From positions 5,508 through 69,507 of the IMG/VR virus record IMGVR_UViG_3300030329_004888: 64,000 nucleotides of DNA, one strand, 5' to 3'. Below, in pieces: positions 18,604-27,066 of this stretch (the stretch's first letter is position 1; the number at the start of each line of letters is the position of its first letter). The DNA comes from a virus. Position numbers and translations under genes: made by a program. The notes below the pieces were generated by a model that was not told the DNA's origin, did not search any database, and worked only from the letters and a program-made list of their open reading frames with translations.

Positions 18604-19425
18604 ATGGCAATGGCAAAGTCAGCAAATAATACCAGGACTCTGAACGTATTATCGCTCTTCGATGCGACCGGAGAATGGGTGCGACCGTACTACGAAGCCG
18701 GTCACAACTGCATGGCCATCGACATCCAGTCCTCCGGAGAATACTCGGAGTATCGTGTAGGACAAGACGACTCGATTGACGTGAGCGACATCAACATTGA
18801 ATGGTTTTTCGACCAGCCTGAAATGAGCGAGTACTACTCCCGTATCGACGTACTCCTTGCGGCACCTATGTGCACACATTTCTGCTCGTCGGGCGCTCAG
18901 TACTGGCCCCAAAAAGATTCTGACGGGAGAACGGAAGAACACCTCGAGCTCGTCTACCAAACATTGCGAACGGTTGAATTTCTGAAGCCGTCGGTGTGGT
19001 GCATCGAGAACCCGGTCGGACGCCTCAACAAGTTAATCCCTGAACTCGCCGACGTCGGCCCATGGTATATACAGCCGCACCACTATGGAGACCCTTACAC
19101 CAAAAAGACAGGGCTGTGGGGCCGCTTTTCTCGCGACCTACCGCGCAACGATGTCGAGCCTATCCGCGCATGTGATGCCGGTTCGTGGCTAATGCAGTTG
19201 GGCGGCTCAAGCGATAAGACAAAAAAACTCCGCTCTACTACGCCTCAAGGATTCGCCAGGGCGTTTTTTGAAGCGAACCATCGCTTGCCTGAAACTAACT
19301 CCATCGAGTCTCCTGAGTTCCGGGAGGCTTGTGGAGCCACTGACGATGAGGAGATCGAGTGGAACGATTACTATGATATGTGGACAGTTGACGCGGCTAA
19401 CAATTTGCCGTGTGCGCTGGACTAA
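18604..19425 (+). CDS. Short C5-cytosine methyltransferase-like protein
   Basis: LSLFDATG, AAPMCTHF, ENPVGRL, TKKTGLWG, RSTTPQGFARAF; homolog at 54808. Confidence 0.75.
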   Translation: MAMAKSANNTRTLNVLSLFDATGEWVRPYYEAGHNCMAIDIQSSGEYSEYRVGQDDSIDVSDINIEWFFDQPEMSEYYSRIDVLLAAPMCTHFCSSGAQYWPQKDSDGRTEEHLELVYQTLRTVEFLKPSVWCIENPVGRLNKLIPELADVGPWYIQPHHYGDPYTKKTGLWGRFSRDLPRNDVEPIRACDAGSWLMQLGGSSDKTKKLRSTTPQGFARAFFEANHRLPETNSIESPEFREACGATDDEEIEWNDYYDMWTVDAANNLPCALD

Positions 19426-19587
19426 CCGAAGAAAGGGAGAATGTTGTGGACAGGGTGTATAGAGCTCGAAAGGGGTCACCGCCCCGGAGACGGAAACAAA
19501 AACAAAAAAAGGAGCCGAAGAGATTTAACCACGGGCTCCGTAACCACTGCCCCCGTCGTAGGCGGGAAAAGGAAAAGAGGATTACTC

Positions 19588-20097
19588 ATGATCACATTGA
19601 GAAACAACTTTCACAATAGCTCTACCCGCATACGAGCAAAAATCGGGGACTTGCTGGACGAGGCCCAGGTCAAACGAATCGGCAAGCGGTTGTGCAGCTC
19701 AAGGGGGTGCGGCTGCTCGGACGACACCGGAACCAGAGGCGCCCAGGACTACGGGTTGGAAATTGTTGACATTGGTGATCGGGGCCTACGGACCTCAGAC
19801 ACATACAAAGTAGTCGCCCGTAACCAGCGCGGCCCCCTGTTCCCGGTCGGGATGGTCGTCATCACCACCGCCGCCGTGGACACACACGGAATTGATCGTG
19901 TCCACGATTGCATGCGCCGTCACGCCTCGGGAGATTGGGGAGATGCCAATCCGGAGGATAACGCGGTCAACGACAATAGCGTCGCCAGGGGCCGGGGACA
20001 GATCCTGTCAAACTACAATCTGCCGGACGGTAGGCTGTGGGTCATCACGGAGCATGACCGTTGCGCCACCACCGCTTTGCTTCCGGAACATTACTAA
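19588..20097 (+). CDS. Conserved phage/plasmid protein (RH..GDWG...LLPEHY type); ORF open from 19441
   Basis: C-terminal RRHASGDWG, WVITEHDR, LLPEHY motifs. Confidence 0.65.
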   Translation: MITLRNNFHNSSTRIRAKIGDLLDEAQVKRIGKRLCSSRGCGCSDDTGTRGAQDYGLEIVDIGDRGLRTSDTYKVVARNQRGPLFPVGMVVITTAAVDTHGIDRVHDCMRRHASGDWGDANPEDNAVNDNSVARGRGQILSNYNLPDGRLWVITEHDRCATTALLPEHY

Positions 20098-20141
20098 CGC
20101 TTAATCGCCCCCCGAAAGGGGGGCAAGGAGACTATCACTAA

Positions 20142-20543
20142 ATGCGACTATCGATCAACGATCCCCGAGTCAACGCGCTCAAGCCCACGCTACGTAGGGA
20201 GGTAATCCTGTGTGGTAGCGTGGCAGCAGCAGCACGAAAGTTGTCGTTGATTTTGGCGGATCATTACTATCCCTACAGCATGCCAGAGGATGCTCCAAAA
20301 AATCTGTGGCGCCGGAGAGGCAGGCTCTTCCAAACGATCATCACGCCACGGCTCCTCTATTCGATATTGCGGCCGAGGGACAAAGGATCCGCGGCGCTGG
20401 TGGATGAAAAATCGCTAACCCGATTAGAGACTGCGTATGACGTGTTCAACCCACACCACGTATTCCCGCTGTGGATACGCCTGCTCAGCTACCTCCCTCG
20501 TCACCGCTATAAGACGCCGTCAATCCGAAGGCGGGTCAAATAG
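20142..20543 (+). CDS. Hypothetical protein
   Basis: aaggag RBS, 133 aa. Confidence 0.6.
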   Translation: MRLSINDPRVNALKPTLRREVILCGSVAAAARKLSLILADHYYPYSMPEDAPKNLWRRRGRLFQTIITPRLLYSILRPRDKGSAALVDEKSLTRLETAYDVFNPHHVFPLWIRLLSYLPRHRYKTPSIRRRVK

Positions 20544-20807
20544 CTATGCGGAGACGCAGTGCAGGAGATCGCCTGGCTCGCACTCTAATGCATGACACAG
20601 CCTGCCAAGCGAGTGCATCGATGGCCCGCCTCGCCCCTTCGCTAATCTGTAGAGATTTACCGAATCGACGTCGGCGAGCCGTGCTAATTCGCTGCGGGAG
20701 GAAATTCCTCTCGCGTCCATTAATCGCTCGACCTCTCCCCATCGTAACTCTATGCGCGGGGATGGCGACGTGTGATCTGATGATGATGTCCAGTTATGAG
20801 TAGTCAT
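20544..20807 (-). CDS. Cro/CI-type (XRE) HTH repressor
   Basis: SRSELARLADVDSVNLYRLAKG...LCHALECEPGDLL; divergent from the 20881 promoter; start taken at MTTHN. Confidence 0.8.
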   Translation of the reverse strand: MTTHNWTSSSDHTSPSPRIELRWGEVERLMDARGISSRSELARLADVDSVNLYRLAKGRGGPSMHSLGRLCHALECEPGDLLHCVSA

Positions 20808-20880
20808 ATTGCTATATTGCAGACACTCGAGGGAGCTGTCAAGTTTAAATGGGAGGCTGACAGAAATATATCCCAATCAC

Positions 20881-20911
20881 TTGACATATGCAGCATTGCA
20901 TATCTATATTA
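20881..20911 (+). promoter_or_regulatory. Sigma70-type promoter with ATGCAGCATTGCAT operator
   Basis: TTGACA...TATATT with a palindrome in the spacer. Confidence 0.75.
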
Positions 20912-20963
20912 GTGGTCCTGGCTCACACCGTGTCAGGGTCAAAACCCGCAAGGAGAACACGCA

Positions 20964-21272
20964 ATGAATCCTCCCATGATGTCTACCAAGCAGCTCAACT
21001 GGTTAAGCGAAAAAGATTCGGATGATTTAGTAGTCTATTATTGGATCGCTCGACCTGACAATATTGCAATCGGGGATTGGGTGTTGGCGTGGAAGCCCAA
21101 GTATGCGGATGATGCAGAGACCACGTTAGACATTATCAGGAGCCAAGCGTTCATCGCTGTGACCTCTGACCGACTGCGGGAAGACGCTTTCCTGCGGCCG
21201 AATAAGGAGATGATCGACAAAGTCAAAAAAGAGCATGGCTACGTAAATTCCTCCGGTTGCCCCCGATATTAA
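20964..21272 (+). CDS. Hypothetical protein
   Basis: aaggag RBS. Confidence 0.65.
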   Translation: MNPPMMSTKQLNWLSEKDSDDLVVYYWIARPDNIAIGDWVLAWKPKYADDAETTLDIIRSQAFIAVTSDRLREDAFLRPNKEMIDKVKKEHGYVNSSGCPRY

Positions 21273-21310
21273 CACACGCTCACTCACACACACTATTAAG
21301 GAGTTTTAAT

Positions 21311-21601
21311 ATGACCCACAAACCCATCCCTGCAAAAGATAAAGTTTTGATCTCGACCAAGTCTCTAAGCGCTTTGGTTTCCGCACCGAATGACCTGACG
21401 GTAGGTCAACGGGAGAACCTCGATAAATTAGAGATTGTCCAACGGATGACGACGTCGGAACGCCCAACTGATTTTGACACTGCCATTTTGCTCGATCCTC
21501 CAAACGAGATTAACGTAGTGTATACGCACTGGGGCCCGGAGGGTCAGAGGATGGAAACGACCCTGGTTGTCTCCGAAGTAATCGAAGAAGAGATCGAATA
21601 A
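21311..21601 (+). CDS. Small acidic-tailed protein with HWGPEGQRMETTL motif
   Basis: aaggag RBS; homolog at 55569-55742. Confidence 0.75.
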   Translation: MTHKPIPAKDKVLISTKSLSALVSAPNDLTVGQRENLDKLEIVQRMTTSERPTDFDTAILLDPPNEINVVYTHWGPEGQRMETTLVVSEVIEEEIE

Positions 21602-21699
21602 TGAGACCTCGGGTAGATCGGTTAGCTACATGGATGCTGGTAATCGCTACGGCAATACTCGCTGTCCAAATCATCCCAACATTAGTGGAGAGACTCTAA
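21601..21699 (+). CDS. 32-aa membrane peptide
   Basis: TAATG coupling; MRPRVDRLATWMLVIATAILAVQIIPTLVERL. Confidence 0.5.
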   Translation: MRPRVDRLATWMLVIATAILAVQIIPTLVERL

Positions 21700-21924
21700 A
21701 TGTATGACCCCCTCGAGCAGTTGTATGTACAGGAGCAGTCTGAGCTCGTTGCTGAAAAAGTTGCTGCCGACTATCACGATCACGTAGAACGATTGGAACA
21801 TGCAACAGCCGACGCAGGATGGACTGAGCATATCGCTCGCATTAAACAAGAACAACCGCTTGGCATTCCCCGCTCGATGGAGACGAGCGGGCCCATCGCA
21901 CAACTAACGCACGTTAACTATTAA
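21700..21924 (+). CDS. Hypothetical protein
   Basis: Coupled ORF with ggag RBS. Confidence 0.55.
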   Translation: MYDPLEQLYVQEQSELVAEKVAADYHDHVERLEHATADAGWTEHIARIKQEQPLGIPRSMETSGPIAQLTHVNY

Positions 21925-21945
21925 TCATTATCAGGAGAATCAGTT

Positions 21946-22656
21946 ATGGCATTTGGACTATCTGGAGGCGGAGACTTTTTACCGACCGTACGCTACAACG
22001 CCCGCGAAGGAATTTTCTCCCGCGTTGACCGTCGCCCCATGAGCGACGGCACTTGGGCTAACGATATCACCGATATCACACCAGCGCTGTCTGAGACGGG
22101 ATTCCTGGCAGACGTCGCAAACACGGAAGTGGGGTATATTAGATACGAGGGCGAGGTGGACTTCAAGCTGGTCCACAACTCTCTCGCCATGCCCGCTTGC
22201 CCGTCCGATCTCTACAAGCCGGGATTTCGGATGCAGCTATGGTTGCCGGGCGAAGTGGCCGAGGGAGCGTGTCTCAGGCACTTTTCCTCCACGGCAGCTA
22301 CTGTGCTGCGTCGCATCGATAACCTCCACGACGAGTGGTCGCAAAGCGCTTCCCAACCGTCACACGACAAGGTTTCCGGGGCCGTTGTCCCGCACGTCAA
22401 GATCACGATCGAGGACGTGACTACAAGCCGCGGCACATTCAAGGCGCCGATCTTCACCATCCATGGATGGTGTAACCGGCCAGAAGAATGGCCGATGTTT
22501 GAGGCCGATGCAGCGGCGCCCGCCACAAGTTTTACTACTGGATCACAGGCGCCTCAGCCGGAGGCTACAAAGGAGCCGGTAACCACACAGGCCGTCATGG
22601 ATACATTCGACGGCGAGGTCGTTGTCGAAAAAAAACAGGGCGATCTCCCCTTCTAA
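21946..22656 (+). CDS. ssDNA-binding/annealing-like protein
   Basis: FKAPIFTIHGW motif, GDLPF C-terminal tail, upstream of the primase. Confidence 0.6.
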   Translation: MAFGLSGGGDFLPTVRYNAREGIFSRVDRRPMSDGTWANDITDITPALSETGFLADVANTEVGYIRYEGEVDFKLVHNSLAMPACPSDLYKPGFRMQLWLPGEVAEGACLRHFSSTAATVLRRIDNLHDEWSQSASQPSHDKVSGAVVPHVKITIEDVTTSRGTFKAPIFTIHGWCNRPEEWPMFEADAAAPATSFTTGSQAPQPEATKEPVTTQAVMDTFDGEVVVEKKQGDLPF

Positions 22657-22729
22657 TCGATGGGTGCTCCGGGGTTGAGCGACAGTGCGAGACCTCGGGG
22701 CCCCGTTACCATCAAGGGAGCAATCCATA

Positions 22730-23344
22730 ATGGACAAATCAGACGCCCTGCTGGAGCATGCGCTACGATACGCAGAGATAGGATGGGCAGTATTCCCGTG
22801 TTCACCTCGAGGGAAAAAGCCCGCGATCTCAGGCGGTCGCGGCTGCTTGGACGCCACAACTAATATCGACCAGATCCGCCATTGGTGGGGGCAGAATCCT
22901 GAGCTCAACATAGGACTGGCTACTGGCGCCCCCAGTGGCGTAGTTGCCGTTGACATCGACAGCCGAACTAATGGACACCATTTCTGGCAGGCCGCTCTCG
23001 ATGATCACGGAGATCTGCCCGACGGGGTGTGGATCAGCTTGACCGGCGGCGGAGGATGGCATCATTTTTTTGCGTACGACAACCAAGCTAACTATGATAT
23101 TGCGCCAGGTGTCGAAATCAAATCGACCGGTAAATACGTAATCCTGCCGCCGAGCATACACCCAACCGGAAATGCGTATCTTTGGAACTTGGATCACACA
23201 CCTTTCACCGATGACTACGATACTACTAATGACAACGACCACACCGACAAACAACAACCCAGTGCCGATGCCGCCGTGGCTACGACAGATGATACCGTCC
23301 ATCCAGATTTCGGACGACTCCGAACCTCGCCGCCCGTCACATAA
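22730..23344 (+). CDS. Bifunctional primase/polymerase (Prim-Pol) domain; frameshifted from its helicase part
   Basis: GWAVFPC, NIGLATG, VDID, TGGGGWHHFF, YVILPPSIH. Confidence 0.85.
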   Translation: MDKSDALLEHALRYAEIGWAVFPCSPRGKKPAISGGRGCLDATTNIDQIRHWWGQNPELNIGLATGAPSGVVAVDIDSRTNGHHFWQAALDDHGDLPDGVWISLTGGGGWHHFFAYDNQANYDIAPGVEIKSTGKYVILPPSIHPTGNAYLWNLDHTPFTDDYDTTNDNDHTDKQQPSADAAVATTDDTVHPDFGRLRTSPPVT

Positions 23345-25178
23345 TATTTTCGATCGAGCTCTGTCAGGTGAGTTACCCGATCTGGCGGCTACAGTCCCGC
23401 CGGAAGTCGAGCGATACGGACAGTCTGTATTGACAGCAGCGATGGATAGTATCCGCCGAGCGCCAGCGGGAGAGCAAGAGGAAACTCTCAATCGATCGGG
23501 ATATCGCGTAGGACAAATAGTCGGCGCCCATGCGATCAACGCTGAGGCAGCGCGAGGCGCTCTCCTGCAAGCGGCTGCTGAGATGCCTGTCCACAACCCG
23601 AGCGACCCGTGGACTACCGGATTCCTCTACTACAAAATCTCACGGTCGATCAGTCACGGCGCCCTCGATCCAGACCCTATTGGAGGCATCATGACACGTC
23701 GGCCATCGGACCCGGCGTATGCCTCTACGCCCATCGTCCCGCCAGGGGGGCCTGGTCCCCATCCCCCCATGACAGACATGGGTAATGCCGAGCGTTTTTG
23801 CGAGCGCTGGCAGGAGGAGCTCAAATACTGCACCGAGCTCGCCAAGACGGAGCTCGGGGGATGGATGAGGTGGAATGGGCGCCATTGGCAAATCGATGAT
23901 CTGCTGGGCGTCCAAGAGCTGGCGAAGGATTGCGTTAGGGCTATCGCGCAGGAGTCGCCCCCGGTCATGGGCCCCCCAAAAATGGTGCAGGGGCTCGCGG
24001 TTGACGAGGGTAAAAACCTGACTGCCGAATGGGCGAAAAAGTGCGAGGACGAGACCCGCTTATTAAAGATGATGAGGCTGGCACGATCGATACCCCCTAT
24101 GCCGGTACACGCTGACGCGTTCGACGCGAAGCCAGATCTATTTAACGTCGAGAATGGGACTATCGATTTGAGCAGCGGCACGTTGCGTAGCTCGAGGCGC
24201 ACTGATCTCCTCACTCAGTGCGCCCCAGTAACGTATGACGCGGATGCTCAATGCCCTCAGTGGCTGGCGTTCTTGTCCCAGTGCATGCGTGGGAATGACC
24301 GGCTGGTCGAATTCCTCCAAACGTGGGCAGGATACTGCCTGACAGGATCAACGATCGAGCACAAGTTGGTCATCCATTACGGCGAGGGGAGCAACGGCAA
24401 ATCGACGTTCTCTGATGTCTTGGCAACTCTCATGGGACCATATAGCGCAACCGCGGCGGCGAGCTCGTTTATGATTTCATCGAAAGGCTACGAGGACAAC
24501 GCCCGTAACGATCTGGCAGCATTGCGATCTACTCGCTCGGTAGGAGTAGTTGAAACTAATGAGACTGACGCCGTTAACGAGGCCCTGCTAAAGAGGGTCA
24601 CCGGCGGCGATCCTATAACCGCTCGATTTTTGCATCGTGAATTTTTTACGTTTGTTCCAGGGTTCAAGGTGTCCATGTCTACTAACACCCTGCCCAACAT
24701 AGCGGGGATGGATTACGGCACATGGCGGCGCATCTGCTGTATCGAGTGGGGCGTTGTATTCGGCTCCGCGGGAGCTCCTGCGGTAGACAAGGCCCTCAAA
24801 GAAAAATTGCTAACAGAGTTGCCGGGGATTCTGAACTGGGCGCTCGAGGGATGCCGGATATGGAGGACCAATGGGTTATCCATTCCTCCTGAGATCGCTG
24901 CCACGACCGCCAACTATAGAGAGTCCCAAGATATCTTGGGGCCATTTATCGAGGAATGTTGCGTTGTCGATCCCAATCAAACAGAGCAACAAACCCGAAT
25001 GTATGAATGCTACTTCGCGTGGAACACACACAAAACTATGGGTAAGAAACAATTCTTCGAGCTCTTGTCACAACGCCCAGGAATAGCGCGGGGGAAATCA
25101 CAGGGGTTCCGGATCTTCCGCGGCATAACTATCTCGGAGGAGGCCGGGATGCGGTATGTTTCGGATCGATCGTATTGA
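23172..25178 (+). CDS. P4/D5-family SF3 helicase part of the primase
   Basis: TDMGNAERF, FNVENGTIDL, GEGSNGKST, LKRVTGGD, TWRRI. Confidence 0.9.
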   Translation: MRIFGTWITHLSPMTTILLMTTTTPTNNNPVPMPPWLRQMIPSIQISDDSEPRRPSHNIFDRALSGELPDLAATVPPEVERYGQSVLTAAMDSIRRAPAGEQEETLNRSGYRVGQIVGAHAINAEAARGALLQAAAEMPVHNPSDPWTTGFLYYKISRSISHGALDPDPIGGIMTRRPSDPAYASTPIVPPGGPGPHPPMTDMGNAERFCERWQEELKYCTELAKTELGGWMRWNGRHWQIDDLLGVQELAKDCVRAIAQESPPVMGPPKMVQGLAVDEGKNLTAEWAKKCEDETRLLKMMRLARSIPPMPVHADAFDAKPDLFNVENGTIDLSSGTLRSSRRTDLLTQCAPVTYDADAQCPQWLAFLSQCMRGNDRLVEFLQTWAGYCLTGSTIEHKLVIHYGEGSNGKSTFSDVLATLMGPYSATAAASSFMISSKGYEDNARNDLAALRSTRSVGVVETNETDAVNEALLKRVTGGDPITARFLHREFFTFVPGFKVSMSTNTLPNIAGMDYGTWRRICCIEWGVVFGSAGAPAVDKALKEKLLTELPGILNWALEGCRIWRTNGLSIPPEIAATTANYRESQDILGPFIEECCVVDPNQTEQQTRMYECYFAWNTHKTMGKKQFFELLSQRPGIARGKSQGFRIFRGITISEEAGMRYVSDRSY

Positions 25179-25191
25179 GAGGAGTATCAAC

Positions 25192-25620
25192 ATGTCTCAT
25201 CATACTGTCCAGGAGATTGTGATACCGGGGGAGCTGCCCACGCTTAACGCGGTGTTGGCAGCAACCAAATCGCATTGGAGTATGTATGCGGCGACAAAAA
25301 AACAAATGACAAACAAGGTCGCGTATCTGGCTCGCAAAGATCTTCGACCGATCGAAAATTCAGTGGAGGTGGAGATAGAATGGACAACCAAAGACCGGCG
25401 ACAGGATCCCGACAATATCAGCTACGGCGCAAAATATCTGCTCGATGGATTAGTAGCAGCGGGAATCCTCCAGGACGACAATCGAAAAATAGTATGCTCG
25501 ATCGCACATCGATTCCCCGAGCCGAGCAAAAAGCATCCCCAGGTAAAGATGGTGCTAACCGAGGTTCAGAAGTGTGGGATGAATGGACAGCCCAACGGCA
25601 AGAAGACCAAGCCCTCATGA
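25192..25620 (+). CDS. RusA-like Holliday junction resolvase
   Basis: PGELPTLN, DPDNI, KYLLDGLVAAGILQDDN. Confidence 0.85.
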   Translation: MSHHTVQEIVIPGELPTLNAVLAATKSHWSMYAATKKQMTNKVAYLARKDLRPIENSVEVEIEWTTKDRRQDPDNISYGAKYLLDGLVAAGILQDDNRKIVCSIAHRFPEPSKKHPQVKMVLTEVQKCGMNGQPNGKKTKPS

Positions 25621-25727
25621 AAGCGCGACGCTCGACATGTCGATGCAAAACATGTCGATGCAAAAACTGTAGTTGTGCAAAAGGGAGTCGCAAACGTTGC
25701 ACCTCGTTTGGGAAAAAACTATTATGA
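25617..25727 (+). CDS. 36-aa Cys-rich mini-protein
   Basis: ATGA overlaps at both ends; MKARRSTCRCKTCRCKNCSCAKGSRKRC... Confidence 0.6.
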   Translation: MKARRSTCRCKTCRCKNCSCAKGSRKRCTSFGKKLL

Positions 25728-26008
25728 ATAAATCGAAGACCAACAGGAACCAGAGGCCCATCCAACATGATGGCTACATGCGGTTGGCAACAGCTGTTAT
25801 AATTGCTGCCATACGTGCCCTGCAACAGGTACGAAAAAAACTGGAGCAGGATTGGCTGACAACAGACGAGGTGGTCATGCTGGCAACAGAAGCCATGGAA
25901 GCCGAGGAATTTTTGAGAAATCGCGATAGTCCGTACCATCAGATGATACGCTATCGGTATCCGATGCTGGACGAGAAAATCCGGCGCATGTTAGACGAGA
26001 TGACATAA
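25724..26008 (+). CDS. Hypothetical protein
   Basis: ATGA-coupled; YMRLATAVIIAAI. Confidence 0.6.
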   Translation: MNKSKTNRNQRPIQHDGYMRLATAVIIAAIRALQQVRKKLEQDWLTTDEVVMLATEAMEAEEFLRNRDSPYHQMIRYRYPMLDEKIRRMLDEMT

Positions 26009-26015
26009 TGAGAGA

Positions 26016-26132
26016 GTGGTGTGCGAGGACCGACTGGGGAGCGGATTGGAGTCTCGCAGCATTGCGGGGCTCCAGCAGTAGCGGTGACATGATAGACAGG
26101 AATAGAGAGGCCACTGCTGACTCGCACACCAC
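26016..26132 (+). ncRNA. Candidate structured RNA 1
   Basis: 12-bp closing stem gtggtgtgcgag/ctcgcacaccac; internal 12-bp stem with G-U pairs 26047-26074. Confidence 0.4.
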
Positions 26133-26212
26133 ACCATCTCGCCAAAGCCGAACAGGCCGTTTTTTGGCTAATAAAAACAATATGTTACGGATTTACCTCG
26201 AGTAAAATTGAC

Positions 26213-26363
26213 AGAGGACAGCCTAAACGGGGCTATCCGGTCGGCATGAGCGCAGCGAGAAGTTTTGCCACTTCTCGCTCGCGAAGAGAGCTGATCAAGA
26301 TGGTTAGCCCGTGGAGTTCCTTGCGGTCTTCACAGATTGTGTTCGCAATCTCAGGCTGTCTCT
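26213..26363 (+). ncRNA. Candidate structured RNA 2 (multibranch)
   Basis: gacagcct/aggctgtc closing stem, several internal stems, TAAAAT at 26203-26208. Confidence 0.45.
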
Positions 26364-26460
26364 CGCGCCCGTCGTGTCAATAACGACGCCTGCTTTGGGA
26401 GCGGGGGTGTGGGCGCATACCCGCTGAGAGGGCGGGCACATATATACAGAGCGAGGCCAC

Positions 26461-26688
26461 ATGACAGACCCGCAGCAGGATAAGAACGAAACTATACGAG
26501 ATATAATACAGAGGACGCGTCCCAAATACATGACGCTGGCCCAGTTTGCCGACGCGTTAGGCATCCACAATGACACCGCGTATCGATGGGCCAAATCGGG
26601 GAAATTACGAATCCGTCAAGTAGGGGCGGGCAAAAAAATCTTTGTCGCCGTTGACGAATTAGATGATACAGATACTACCTGTAACTAA
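26461..26688 (+). CDS. Excisionase/MerR-like HTH protein
   Basis: MTLAQFADALGIHNDTAYRWAKSGKL. Confidence 0.75.
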   Translation: MTDPQQDKNETIRDIIQRTRPKYMTLAQFADALGIHNDTAYRWAKSGKLRIRQVGAGKKIFVAVDELDDTDTTCN

Positions 26689-26694
26689 CGGGGA

Positions 26695-27066
26695 CTATAG
26701 CTCAGATACGACCTCGACTTCGGCAGCGGTTGGTTCGCCATTGCCGGTTGGCACCTGGCTGTCAGGATCCCCAAACTCCTGCAAGACAGCTATGGCACCA
26801 CACGTCTGATGATATGCAGCGTCTAACTGTTGCCGGGCGGTTGCGTTTTGTTCTAACCGTTTCAGCAGGTCGTCCCGTTGTGTCATCAGCTCTTCGGCTC
26901 GAGCAGCAATGTCTTTCATTTCTTCTTTTTCGGTTTCCGTTTCGCGGCTTTTGTCGCGGCGCGTTTGGCCGCGGCTTTTCCCGCTTTTGTGTACGGATAA
27001 TGTCGGGTTCCCACGACTGGCATAGCGTGATTCCTTTCGCTTTTTGTTTCGTGACTTATAAGGCAT
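26695..27066 (-). CDS. Coiled-coil hypothetical protein (start possibly ~26919)
   Basis: Late-strand ORF; loosely similar to 63037-63321. Confidence 0.55.
   Translation of the reverse strand: MPYKSRNKKRKESRYASRGNPTLSVHKSGKSRGQTRRDKSRETETEKEEMKDIAARAEELMTQRDDLLKRLEQNATARQQLDAAYHQTCGAIAVLQEFGDPDSQVPTGNGEPTAAEVEVVSEL

Noticed and set aside
26008-26205. 65-aa CDS
   Set aside because: Atypical composition and better explained by paired RNA structure; not fully excluded because of the TAATG overlap
26016-26363. tRNA, SRP RNA or hammerhead ribozyme
   Set aside because: No T-loop/CCA cloverleaf, SRP helix-8 motif or CUGAUGA core could be seen
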